From the NCBI GenBank assembly GCA_964478275.1, contig CAYZHH010000002.1, positions 1 to 43,078 of the forward strand: a stretch of 43,078 bases of DNA. Reading direction: 5' to 3'. The notes under the pieces are model-generated. The model was not told the DNA's origin. It was given only the letters and a program-made list of their open reading frames with translations, and did not search any database. Shown here one piece after another: positions 8,557 to 17,223 of this stretch. Position 1 is the stretch's first letter; each line of letters starts with the position of its first letter. The DNA comes from an uncultured Candidatus Kuenenia sp. (lineage in GTDB: Bacteria > Planctomycetota > Planctomycetia > Pirellulales > UBA1268). The position numbers and the translations under genes are program-made.

Positions 8557-9954
8557 ATGGCTTTCCTCGACGCCGACTTTCTTCTTTCGAATGCGTGCGC
8601 GGCCGACCTCTACCACCGCGTGGCGGCGGACCAGCCGATCGTCGACTACCACTGCCACCTGTCGCCCAAGGACATCGCCGAAGATCGCCAGTTTGCAAAT
8701 CTCCACGAGGCCTGGCTCGAAGGAGATCATTACAAGTGGCGGGCCATGCGGGCTGATGGCGTCTTGGAAGAATTGATCACAGGCGCTGCCTCGCCCCATG
8801 AAAAGTTTCGGGCGTGGGCCAAGACGGTGCCGCACACACTTCGAAACCCGCTCTTCCACTGGACTCACCTCGAGCTGCGGCGCACCTTCGGCATTGACGC
8901 GCTTCTTGATGCCACGACTGGTGACACGATCTGGCACGAAGCCAACCGCCAACTCGCCTTGCCCGATCTCTCGGCGCGAGGGATCCTTCAGCGGTTCAAC
9001 GTGGCGCTTGTCGGCACGACCGACGACCCGGCCGATCCGCTCGACTGGCACGCAACGATTGCCGCCTCGGGGCTTGCCACAAAAGTCGTGCCTACGTTCC
9101 GGCCCGACGCAGCGCTCAAGGTCATGCAGCCGGCCCGACTCGTCCCCTGGGCCCGACGACTCGCCGACATGTCGGGGGTCGCGACCGAAACCCTTCACGG
9201 CCTCCTCGCCGCGCTCGCCACACGGCATGCGGATTTTGCCGCTGCTGGCTGCCGTGCCACGGACCACGGCCTCGAATACCTCCCCGATGTGGAATGCACC
9301 GACGCCGAAGCCGCACGTATCTGGGAGCGTGCGATGCAGGGCACGCCTGCAACAAAGCCTGAGGCCGATGCCTTCGCTGTGCGAATCATGCTCCATGTGG
9401 CCAGGCTCAACCACGCCGCAGACTTCGTGACCCAGCTCCACCTCGGCCCCTTTCGCGACCCGAACCCGCTGCTTGGGCAACGGCTCGGCGCCGACGCCGG
9501 GTGCGACACAATTGGCGACGCGCGGCAGGGCCCAGGCCTCGTCCGCTTCCTTGCCACGCTCGCCGGCGAGGACTCGCTCGCACGGACGATCCTCTACAAC
9601 ATCAACCCCGCCGACAACGCCCTCTTCGCCACTCTTCCAGGGTCATTTCAGGACGGACGTCCAGCAGGAAAGATTCAGTGGGGGAGTGGCTGGTGGTTCC
9701 TCGACCAAGAGCGGGGCATGCGGGAGCAGATGAACATGCTTTCCGACATGGGGCTGCTGTTCCGATTCGTAGGCATGGTGACCGACTCACGATCGTTCCT
9801 CTCGTTCCCGCGCCACGAATACTTCCGACGTATTCTCTGTGATCTCGTCGGAGGCGATGTCGCCTCGGGCCGACTCCCCGACCGTCGCGACTGGCTCGAC
9901 CCACTCATCGCAGCTGTCTGTTCTGGCAACGCCTACGACGTTTTTTTGAGGTGA
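8557..9954 (+). CDS. uxaC: Glucuronate isomerase
   Basis: The N-terminus FLDADFLLSN..A..LYH.VA...PIVDYHCHLSPKDIAED..F.NL.E.WL.GDHYKWRAMRA.GV is diagnostic. Length is 465 aa. Confidence 0.95.
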   Translation: MAFLDADFLLSNACAADLYHRVAADQPIVDYHCHLSPKDIAEDRQFANLHEAWLEGDHYKWRAMRADGVLEELITGAASPHEKFRAWAKTVPHTLRNPLFHWTHLELRRTFGIDALLDATTGDTIWHEANRQLALPDLSARGILQRFNVALVGTTDDPADPLDWHATIAASGLATKVVPTFRPDAALKVMQPARLVPWARRLADMSGVATETLHGLLAALATRHADFAAAGCRATDHGLEYLPDVECTDAEAARIWERAMQGTPATKPEADAFAVRIMLHVARLNHAADFVTQLHLGPFRDPNPLLGQRLGADAGCDTIGDARQGPGLVRFLATLAGEDSLARTILYNINPADNALFATLPGSFQDGRPAGKIQWGSGWWFLDQERGMREQMNMLSDMGLLFRFVGMVTDSRSFLSFPRHEYFRRILCDLVGGDVASGRLPDRRDWLDPLIAAVCSGNAYDVFLR

Positions 9955-9976
9955 ACGTGTTCCGTGTGCTCGATAC

Positions 9977-11404
9977 GTGACGTCCTTGAGCCACCCCATG
10001 CTCGAGCCCACCCCAGGCCGTTCGCTCTTCCGGCTGCTCGTCATGCCGGTGGTCGGGCTCGTGCTCGCGGCCGTCATCGCCAACGTGGGCTTCGCGGCCT
10101 TCCTGGCCGCTCGACGCGCTCAAGATGCCGCACGAGCCCAGCAGGAACAGGTGGCGCGCGCCCTCGAGACGTCGAAGGTCGCTCTCTCCCGGCCGGTGCT
10201 CGAGACGCTCCGGCTGCTCACGGGCAGTGATTTTCTGATGTGGAACGCCACCGAGAGGACTGCTGGACTCTCGACGCTTTCTCCTGCAACCCTCGCGCGG
10301 CATGCGCCTTCCACGATCGCCGCAGCTGAGAGAACGAGCATCGTCCTCGACGCAAAGCGCTACCACGTGGGCACGGCTCGTTCCGGGAGCGTTCGGTCGG
10401 AGACGGTGCTCGTGCTCACGCCGGTCCGCAGCGTCGCCCTCATGACCCTCGAGGCCATCTGGCCGGTGCTCGCCGTGGCAGCGGCGACGCTCGCGGTCCT
10501 CGTGCCGGTAGGTCTCGTCGCCACGGCTCGGCTGGCCCGGAGAATCGTTGCCGTCGAGAAGCATGTTGCCCGCATCGCCGCAGGACAGTTCGGTGAGCAG
10601 CTCATCGACGCTGCCCCCGGCGATCGTTCCTCCCGCGACGACATCGGCAGGCTCGTCGCCGGTGTGAACCATTTGAGCGGTGCCCTTTCGGAGCTCCGGA
10701 CAAACCTCGTGGCAGGCGAACGCCAACGACTCCTCGGCCAGCTCGCAGCCGGCTTCGCCCATGAACTGCGAAACGCGGTGACTGGCGCGAGGCTCGCGAT
10801 CGACCTTCACCGTCGCCGCTGCGTCGCGGAGTCGCAAAGTGACTCGAGCCTTGACGTTGCCACACGTCAGCTCGACATCCTCGCGGAGGAAGTCCGCGGA
10901 CTCTTGGAGCTCGGACGGCCCGGCGAGCTGGCAACAGGACCGGTCGATATTTTCTCGCTGGTGAGTGAAGTCCGCGACCTCACAGGGCCGCGTGCGGAGC
11001 ACGCCGGCGTCGTCGTCGCGACTGACATCGCGGAAAAGCTGCCGCCACTCGTCGGCCGACGTGAGGCGATCAGGGCGGCGCTTGTGAACCTCACGCTCAA
11101 TGCGATCGACGCGGCGGGCCGCGAGGGCCATGTGCGAGTTCAAGCAGCCTTCGCCGATGGATTCCTCGATCTGGCAGTTGAGGACGACGGCCCGGGGCCA
11201 CCCGCGGCGCTGGCGGATTCGCTCGCCGAACCCTTTGTCACGGGAAAGCGCGAGGGCATCGGACTCGGCCTAGCCGTCGCGCGAGCCGTCGCTGAGGATC
11301 ATGGTGGGACGTTGTCGTGGCGCCGCCACGATGCCCGCACGCGGTTTACGATTGCCCTGCCTGCGTCGCCGCCGAACTCTCCAAACAACGAGCGTGAGCC
11401 ATGA
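9977..11404 (+). CDS. Sensor histidine kinase (two TM segments, periplasmic sensor domain, HAMP, HisKA, HATPase_c)
   Basis: Hydrophobic segments occur near aa 18-45 and 165-190. HAMP-like DDIGRLVAGVNHLSGAL. H-box FAHELRNAVTGA. G-box GIGLGLAVARAV. Its stop overlaps the next start (ATGA at 11401-11404). Confidence 0.85.
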   Translation: MTSLSHPMLEPTPGRSLFRLLVMPVVGLVLAAVIANVGFAAFLAARRAQDAARAQQEQVARALETSKVALSRPVLETLRLLTGSDFLMWNATERTAGLSTLSPATLARHAPSTIAAAERTSIVLDAKRYHVGTARSGSVRSETVLVLTPVRSVALMTLEAIWPVLAVAAATLAVLVPVGLVATARLARRIVAVEKHVARIAAGQFGEQLIDAAPGDRSSRDDIGRLVAGVNHLSGALSELRTNLVAGERQRLLGQLAAGFAHELRNAVTGARLAIDLHRRRCVAESQSDSSLDVATRQLDILAEEVRGLLELGRPGELATGPVDIFSLVSEVRDLTGPRAEHAGVVVATDIAEKLPPLVGRREAIRAALVNLTLNAIDAAGREGHVRVQAAFADGFLDLAVEDDGPGPPAALADSLAEPFVTGKREGIGLGLAVARAVAEDHGGTLSWRRHDARTRFTIALPASPPNSPNNEREP

Positions 11405-12816
11405 GCCGCATCCTGATCGTCGATGACGAGCCTGCCATCGGCTGGAGCCTGCGGGAGATCCTCTCTGACGACGGGCATGAAGTCGCACTCGCGGCCGACA
11501 TCCCCACGGCGATCTCGGCCGCCAGGGACCACGGGCCCGATGCGATCCTGCTTGATGTTCGCCTCGGTGGCCACGACGGCATTGATGCCCTGCCCGAACT
11601 TCGCGCCGCGGCCGGCCCCGTGCCCGTCGTCGTGATGACCGCCTTCGGTGACCTCGACACAGCCGTGCGGGCCGTGCAAGCGGGCGCCTTCGATTACCTC
11701 ATCAAGCCCTTTGATCTCGAGCGTGTCACGCAGGTGGTGGCCCGCGCGGTGGCGGATGGCGCGATCACGCCGTCGCCCGCCGAGCCCATGCCACAGGCCG
11801 ACCTCGTCGGCTCATCACCGGCTATGCAGGAAGTGTTCAAGCAGGTCGCGCTCGTCGCGGCAAGCAACCTCCCGGTGCTCGTGACGGGGCCCACGGGGAG
11901 CGGCAAAGAGGTCGTCGCTCGCGCCATCCACGCCCACTCCGCACGCCGCGACAAGCCGCTCGTGACGACGAATCTCGCGGCGCTAGCCCCCGGGGTGATC
12001 GAAAGCGAGCTTTTTGGGCATGCCTCAGGCGCCTACACCGGCGCCACGTCGCCACGGCCCGGCCTCTTCGAGCTGGCCGACGGCGGCACGATTTTTCTGG
12101 ATGAGATCGGCGAGGCACCGTCCGACGTCCAGGTGAAGCTCCTGCGGGTCCTCGAGGCCGGCGAGGTTACGCGAGTCGGCGAGGCGGTCGCGCGGCCCGT
12201 GCGTGTCCGCGTCGTCGCCGCGACCAACCGGGACCTCACCGCCATGCTGACGGCGGGCTCATTCCGCACCGACCTCTATCACCGTCTCAAAGTCTTTCCG
12301 ATCGCCATGCCGTCGCTCGCGGAGCGACCGAGCGACATCGAGCCGCTTGCCCGCCACTTCCTCGCCCGCCATGCTGGGGGTCAGCTCGTCGCGACGCTGC
12401 CGACGATGTCGCTCGAGTTTCTGGAGGCTCTCCGGAGTCGTTCGTGGCCTGGCAATGTGCGCGAGCTCAAGCACGCGGTTGAATACGCGGCGGTGGTCGC
12501 GCGGGGTGGGGTGCTGAGGCCAGATCACCTTCCGAAGCCGGACGAGCCCGCGATCACGACCACCGGCTCCGATCTCTCCGCAGCGACGGCTCGGCTCGGC
12601 GCCGCCGTCAAGGAGTGGTCTGCCGCCGCCCGCCGTGAATTGGTGGCGCTGCCCAATCCCGACCTCCACTTCCTTGCCGTCCAGCTCCTCGAGGGCACAC
12701 TTCTCCGCGAGTCAATTGCCCACACGGGCGGCAACCGCACCGCCGCAGCCAAGCTTCTGGGCCTCGACCGCGCCACGCTCCGCACGAAGCTCAAGGCGCT
12801 CGGTATCGACGACTGA
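11401..12816 (+). CDS. Sigma-54-dependent response regulator (NtrC/PilR-type enhancer-binding protein)
   Basis: REC domain (ILIVDDEP..AILLDVRL), AAA+ Walker A GPTGSGKE, a GAFTGA variant GAYTGA, and a C-terminal Fis-type HTH (GGNRTAAAKLLGLDRATLRTKLKALGI). Confidence 0.9.
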   Translation: MSRILIVDDEPAIGWSLREILSDDGHEVALAADIPTAISAARDHGPDAILLDVRLGGHDGIDALPELRAAAGPVPVVVMTAFGDLDTAVRAVQAGAFDYLIKPFDLERVTQVVARAVADGAITPSPAEPMPQADLVGSSPAMQEVFKQVALVAASNLPVLVTGPTGSGKEVVARAIHAHSARRDKPLVTTNLAALAPGVIESELFGHASGAYTGATSPRPGLFELADGGTIFLDEIGEAPSDVQVKLLRVLEAGEVTRVGEAVARPVRVRVVAATNRDLTAMLTAGSFRTDLYHRLKVFPIAMPSLAERPSDIEPLARHFLARHAGGQLVATLPTMSLEFLEALRSRSWPGNVRELKHAVEYAAVVARGGVLRPDHLPKPDEPAITTTGSDLSAATARLGAAVKEWSAAARRELVALPNPDLHFLAVQLLEGTLLRESIAHTGGNRTAAAKLLGLDRATLRTKLKALGIDD

Positions 12817-12873
12817 TTTTAAGGCCGGTGGGGCTTGCCATCTGTACGGCCGGCGGCCGTCCTCGCGCCAGGT

Positions 12874-12888
12874 GGTGAAAACTTCACC
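12874..12888 (+). promoter_or_regulatory. Candidate enhancer (UAS) inverted repeat GGTGAA-aac-TTCACC
   Basis: Perfect 6-bp arms with a 3-nt spacer lie ~100-110 nt upstream of the -24 element. That position is typical for EBP binding sites. Confidence 0.3.
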
Positions 12889-12985
12889 GGCTGACGCGGG
12901 AAGATTCATCGATCAACACGACCCCGAACAGCAGCATCTTCGTCAAAACACGGGGGACTCACGCTCCCCAGGGCCCGCCTGCGAG

Positions 12986-13001
12986 CGGCATGCCATTTGC
13001 T
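12986..13001 (+). promoter_or_regulatory. Candidate sigma-54 (-24/-12) promoter CGGCATG-ccat-TTGCT
   Basis: Matches the consensus TGGCACG-N4-TTGCW at 10 of 12 defined positions, with the correct GG-to-GC spacing (GG 12987-88, GC 12999-13000). It lies directly downstream of the EBP gene and upstream of the first DUF1559 gene. Confidence 0.55.
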
Positions 13002-13022
13002 CGGGAAACGGGTGCCGTTTTC

Positions 13023-13043
13023 CCTGGAGCCTGGAGCCTGGAG
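13023..13043 (+). repeat. Three perfect tandem copies of the heptamer CCTGGAG
   Basis: Read directly from the sequence. Each unit contains a GGAG Shine-Dalgarno core, and the last GGAG ends 7 nt before ATG 13051. Confidence 0.8.
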
Positions 13044-13050
13044 CAACCCG

Positions 13051-14268
13051 ATGGCCTTACCGAGCGACGAGCCGAAGTTCTGCGAAGAGGACGTATTCAT
13101 GCTGAGGGCGATCCTCGACGCAAGTGAAGACGACACCTGGAGTGACACTGAGATCGACGATGACGACTCGGCTCACTCCTTCGACGTGCCGCTTATGGAC
13201 ACGCCCAAGCGGCTGTGCGCTACGCGTGGTGGCCAGCGGCAGCCCGGCGGTTTCACGCTGGTCGAACTGCTTGTTGTCATCGCGATCATCGCGACGCTCA
13301 TCGGCCTGCTTCTGCCAGCTATCCAGGGGGCCCGCGAATCGGCCCGCCGCACAACTTGCTCGTCGAACCTCCGCCAGATTGCCCTGGCCACACTCGTTTT
13401 TGAGATTACGAAGCGACGGCTACCTCCAAGCATGCTTCATACGCCGGGCACCGTGTTTCCTAGCAACAACCACTCCTGGGGCATCCATGGGCGGATTCTG
13501 CCCTTCATCGAGGAGGCTTCCGCCGCGGTGAAGGTCAATCTGGAGGTCGGGTGGGATCAAAGCCCAAACAGCACCAGCGGCGTGCCCACGACCCGGATCG
13601 CCGTCTTTCTCTGCCCCAGCGAAGCCAACGACAAGGTGCGCACAAAGAACGGCGCGGCGTTCGTCTATCCTCACAACTACGGTTTCAATTTCGGCACATG
13701 GTTCGTCTACGACCCTGCGAACGGCAACGGGAGCGACGGCGCCTTCTTTCCCAACTCACGGCTCACGATGGCCAAGATCGCAGATGGGACGAGCAAGACG
13801 CTCTGTGCTGCGGAGGTGAAGGCCTACACGCCGTATGTCCGAAACACGTCCGACCCCGGAAGCAGCTATCCGGCCTCGTCACCCCCTCCAGGCCCGTCGG
13901 TGATCTCGACTCTTGCCGCGGGTGGCGACGCGAAGGTCGGCCCGCAGACCAACGACAATACCGGCCACACCGAATGGCCAGACGGCCGGGTACATCACAG
14001 CGGCTTCACGACGGTATTCACCCCCAACACCAAGGTTCCCTACACAAAAGACGGCCTCCCGTACGACATCGACTATTCGTCCAGGCAAGAGGGCAATAGC
14101 GCCACGGTTCGCACGTTCGCAGCGATCACCGCCCGGAGCTATCACCCAGGCGTCGTCAATACGGCGCGACTCGACGGGACCGTCCTGCCAGTCTCCGACG
14201 ACATTGATCTGACCGTCTGGCGTGCGCTTAGTACGCGGGCCGGCGGCGAGGTCACGGCGACCGACTGA
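13051..14268 (+). CDS. Prepilin-type N-terminal cleavage/methylation domain protein, DUF1559 (H-X9-DG) family, copy 1
   Basis: [34 protein letters not shown] is a class III signal/pseudopilin N-terminus. The C-terminal region has [12 protein letters not shown] (H-X9-DG). The track ORF starts at TTG 12997, which lies inside the promoter. I prefer ATG 13051 (GGAG plus 7 nt); ATG 13195 is the alternative. Confidence 0.9.
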   Translation: MALPSDEPKFCEEDVFMLRAILDASEDDTWSDTEIDDDDSAHSFDVPLMDTPKRLCATRGGQRQPGGFTLVELLVVIAIIATLIGLLLPAIQGARESARRTTCSSNLRQIALATLVFEITKRRLPPSMLHTPGTVFPSNNHSWGIHGRILPFIEEASAAVKVNLEVGWDQSPNSTSGVPTTRIAVFLCPSEANDKVRTKNGAAFVYPHNYGFNFGTWFVYDPANGNGSDGAFFPNSRLTMAKIADGTSKTLCAAEVKAYTPYVRNTSDPGSSYPASSPPPGPSVISTLAAGGDAKVGPQTNDNTGHTEWPDGRVHHSGFTTVFTPNTKVPYTKDGLPYDIDYSSRQEGNSATVRTFAAITARSYHPGVVNTARLDGTVLPVSDDIDLTVWRALSTRAGGEVTATD

Positions 14269-14390
14269 GGCTTGGAAATGCGTCTCCGCGCAGGCCCTCG
14301 GGGCCGCCACGGGGACTGCTAACCGTTCCCTCACAATGGCGATGTACTCTTCTCCGAGGGCCTTCCGGGCCTGAATTCGGAGGCGGTTAC

Positions 14391-15461
14391 GTGCATTGTG
14401 TTGTCGTTTGCCCATCGACCCGCCCACGAAGCGGCCACCGTGGTTTCACGATGGTCGAGCTGCTGACGGTGATTGCGATCCTCGGGATGCTCCTCGGGAT
14501 CCTCCTGCCGGCGCTCCAGTCGGCCCGCGAAACGGCCCGTCGGTCCAACTGCGGCTCGAATATCCGCCAGCTCGTCCTGGCCACGCTCGCCTATGAAGGC
14601 ACGAATCGATGGCTGCCGCCGAGCATGCTGCATAAGCCTGGCACCACGTTTCTTGGCAACAACGGCTCTTGGGGCGTCCACGGCAGAATTCTCCCGTACA
14701 TCGAGGAGGCATCTGCCGCGATCAAGGTGAATCTCGAAGCGGCCTGGGACCAGTCGCCAAACAGCGCCAGCGGCGTGCCCACGACGCGCATCAATGTCTT
14801 TGTCTGTCCAAGCGAATTCAACGATACTGTGCGGACCAAGAACGGCCTCCCGTTCGTCTACCCACACAACTACGGCTTCAATTTCGGCACATGGTTCGTC
14901 TACGACCCTGCGACCGGCAACGGTGGCGACGGCGCCTTCTTTCCCAACTCACGGCTCACGATGGCCAAGATCGCAGACGGAACGAGTAAGACGTTCTGCG
15001 CTGCGGAGGTGAAGGCCTACACGCCGTATGTCCGAAACACGTCCGACCCCGGAAGCAGCTATCCGGCCTCGTCACCCCCTCCAGACCCGTCGGTAATCTC
15101 GACTCTTGCCTCGGGTGGCGAAGCGCGGGTCGGCCCGCTGACCAACGACAATACCGGCCACACCGAATGGCCAGACGGCCGCGTGCATCACAGCGGCTTC
15201 ACGACCGTGTTCCCGCCCAACACAAAGGTTCTCTACACAAAAGACGGCCTTACCTACGACATCGACTACTCTTCCCGCCAAGAGGGCAATAGCGCCACGG
15301 TTCGCACGTTCGCAGCCATCACCGCCCGGAGCCCGCATCGTGGCAACGTGAACACGGCCATGCTCGACGGGTCGGTCACGATCTTCGCTGAAGACGTTGA
15401 CCTGAAGGTGTGGCGGGCACTCGGCACGCGCGCCGGTGGTGAAGCCACTGTGATCGATTGA
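14391..15461 (+). CDS. Prepilin-type N-terminal cleavage/methylation domain protein, DUF1559 (H-X9-DG) family, copy 2
   Basis: GTG start has GGAGG 7 nt upstream (14379-14383). It has an 18-aa basic leader followed by G/FTMVELLTVIAILGMLLGILLPALQSARE, and HRGNVNTAMLDG (H-X9-DG). It is a paralog of copy 1 with a 1193-bp offset. Confidence 0.9.
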   Translation: MHCVVVCPSTRPRSGHRGFTMVELLTVIAILGMLLGILLPALQSARETARRSNCGSNIRQLVLATLAYEGTNRWLPPSMLHKPGTTFLGNNGSWGVHGRILPYIEEASAAIKVNLEAAWDQSPNSASGVPTTRINVFVCPSEFNDTVRTKNGLPFVYPHNYGFNFGTWFVYDPATGNGGDGAFFPNSRLTMAKIADGTSKTFCAAEVKAYTPYVRNTSDPGSSYPASSPPPDPSVISTLASGGEARVGPLTNDNTGHTEWPDGRVHHSGFTTVFPPNTKVLYTKDGLTYDIDYSSRQEGNSATVRTFAAITARSPHRGNVNTAMLDGSVTIFAEDVDLKVWRALGTRAGGEATVID

Positions 15462-15686
15462 CCCTTTTGGCTGGCTGCGCTCTTCCCCGAGACCGCATGG
15501 TCGGCACAGGCGGCACCGCCCGACTTTTCCGCCGGGTTTGTGCAGACACCGCGGCCGGTCGTCGATATGCACCTTTGTGCCGGTCGTCACCGGCTCCGCG
15601 CGTCCATCGACGGCCATTCGGCCACCCCGACAGCATCCGCGCGTCTTGAAGCACCCGCTCCCCGGTCCGCACCCAAGGCAACGTCC

Positions 15687-16559
15687 ATGCCCACCCCCCC
15701 GCGTCGCAAGAAGCCCTCTGCCGTCCAGAACCCGATGGAGACCTACCTGCGGGACATCAACGAGGTGGCGCTGCTCTCGGCGGACGACGAGAAGCGGCTA
15801 GCGAGAGGGATCCGCAGCGGCGATCCGCTCGCCCGTGACCACATGGTGCGGGCGAATCTCCGGCTCGTGGTGAACATCGCCCGCGGCTACGCCAACCGCG
15901 GCCTCCCACTGCCGGACCTCATTGAGGAGGGCAATCTCGGCCTCCTGCGGGCAGTCGAAGGCTTCGATCCCACGATGGGCACACGGTTCAGCACCTATGC
16001 CAGCTACTGGATCAAGCAGTCGATCAAGCGATCGATCATCAACTCTGGCAAGACGATCCGAATTCCGGCCTATATGGTTGAGCTCCTCTCGAAGTGGCGT
16101 CGAGCCGCGATGCGGCTCACCGACATCCTCAGGCGCACACCCACGCCAGAGGAGATCGCGCGGATGCTCGGGCTCGCCCGCAAGAAGCTTCCGATCATCA
16201 AGAAGGCGATCCACGTTCATCAGGCGACGCCCCACTCCGATCAGGCCGATGGGGGCTGGTCGCTTGGCGAGCTCCTCACGGACGAGAAGACCCGCTGTCC
16301 GGCCGATGTCATGCTCGACGAAGATACGATGCGGCATGTGCTCGCCCGGATTGACCAGCTCGACGAGCGGGCCGGGAAGATCATTAAGCTTCGCTTCGGC
16401 CTCGGTGGTGGCGAGCCGATGACACTCAAGGAGATTGGCGGCGTGCTCGGGCTGACCCGTGAACGGGTGCGGCAGATTGAGAGCGAGACGCTCGCAAGCC
16501 TCGCCGTCGAGATCGAGGCCGCCCCCAAGGCCACGCTCCGTATGCGGCGTGGTGCGTGA
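15687..16559 (+). CDS. Sigma-70 family RNA polymerase sigma factor (RpoD/RpoS-like, regions 1.2-4)
   Basis: YLRDINEVALLSADDE (region 1.2), NLRLVVNIARGY..DLIEEGNLGLLRAVEGFD....FSTYASYWIKQSI (region 2), and LKEIGGVLGLTRERVRQIE (region 4.2). I prefer internal ATG 15687, because the upstream part of the track ORF is R/A/P-rich and not protein-like. Confidence 0.85.
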   Translation: MPTPPRRKKPSAVQNPMETYLRDINEVALLSADDEKRLARGIRSGDPLARDHMVRANLRLVVNIARGYANRGLPLPDLIEEGNLGLLRAVEGFDPTMGTRFSTYASYWIKQSIKRSIINSGKTIRIPAYMVELLSKWRRAAMRLTDILRRTPTPEEIARMLGLARKKLPIIKKAIHVHQATPHSDQADGGWSLGELLTDEKTRCPADVMLDEDTMRHVLARIDQLDERAGKIIKLRFGLGGGEPMTLKEIGGVLGLTRERVRQIESETLASLAVEIEAAPKATLRMRRGA

Positions 16560-16587
16560 TCGAATCGTTCACTCAGGAAAACCCTTC

Positions 16588-17100
16588 ATGGATCTTGCCA
16601 GCCTCATCCGCCCGGTCCCCGATTTTCCGAAGCCGGGGATTCTGTTTCGCGACATCACGCCGCTCTTGGCCGATCACGACGGCTTCGCCGAGGCGATCCG
16701 CCGGCTCGCGGAGCCGTGGCACTCCGAGAAGCTTGATGCCATCGCGGCGGTCGAGGCCCGCGGGTTCCTGTTTGCAGGGCCTCTCGCCCTCGCGCTCGGC
16801 GTGGGGCTGATCCCGGTTCGCAAGCCGGGCAAGCTGCCGGCGGCGACGATCTCGCATGCATATGACCTCGAGTACGGCCGCGACACGCTCGAGATGCACG
16901 CCGGCGTGCTCGCGCACGGGTCGCGGGTGCTCGTGGTGGACGACGTCCTCGCGACGGGTGGCACGGCAGCGGCCTGTATGAAGCTGATCGAGGCCGGCGG
17001 GGGCACGGTGGCCGGCGCCGCCTTCCTCGTGGAAATCACACCGCTCGGCGGCCGCGAACGCCTCGAACCCCACCGGATCGAAGCGGTGCTACGCTATTGA
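16588..17100 (+). CDS. apt: Adenine phosphoribosyltransferase
   Basis: DFPKPGILFRDITPLL, EARGFLFAGPLA and the PRPP loop VLVVDDVLATGGTA. Start taken at MDLASL (ATG 16588). Confidence 0.95.
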   Translation: MDLASLIRPVPDFPKPGILFRDITPLLADHDGFAEAIRRLAEPWHSEKLDAIAAVEARGFLFAGPLALALGVGLIPVRKPGKLPAATISHAYDLEYGRDTLEMHAGVLAHGSRVLVVDDVLATGGTAAACMKLIEAGGGTVAGAAFLVEITPLGGRERLEPHRIEAVLRY

Positions 17101-17223
17101 TACGGCCGGCGGGCCATCCATGGCCTTGGCGGGCCGCCGGCCGCCGTTCGCACCTCCGGGCTCCCGTTTCCGTACGCGTGGGGGCGTGCTGCGCCCAAGC
17201 AGACGGATTTGTCATACCTCTCC

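Noticed and set aside
8530-11143. Long minus-strand ORFs (8530..9480, 9905..11143) opposite uxaC and the histidine kinase
   Set aside because: They are antisense shadow ORFs in GC-rich DNA. The plus-strand products have diagnostic motifs and these do not.
12845-12859. ACGGCC-ggc-GGCCGT hairpin after the EBP stop, considered as a terminator
   Set aside because: The stem is only 6 bp and there is no downstream T-tract, so I cannot distinguish it from chance GC-rich symmetry.
14269-14390. Search for a second -24/-12 promoter in front of DUF1559 copy 2
   Set aside because: I found no GG-N10-GC element with TTGC context. Copy 2 is more likely co-transcribed with copy 1 or uses another promoter type.
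15502-15517. GGCAC..GCAC sequence upstream of the sigma-70 factor gene, considered as a second sigma-54 promoter
   Set aside because: The GG-to-GC spacing is 10 instead of 12 and there is no TTGC -12 element.
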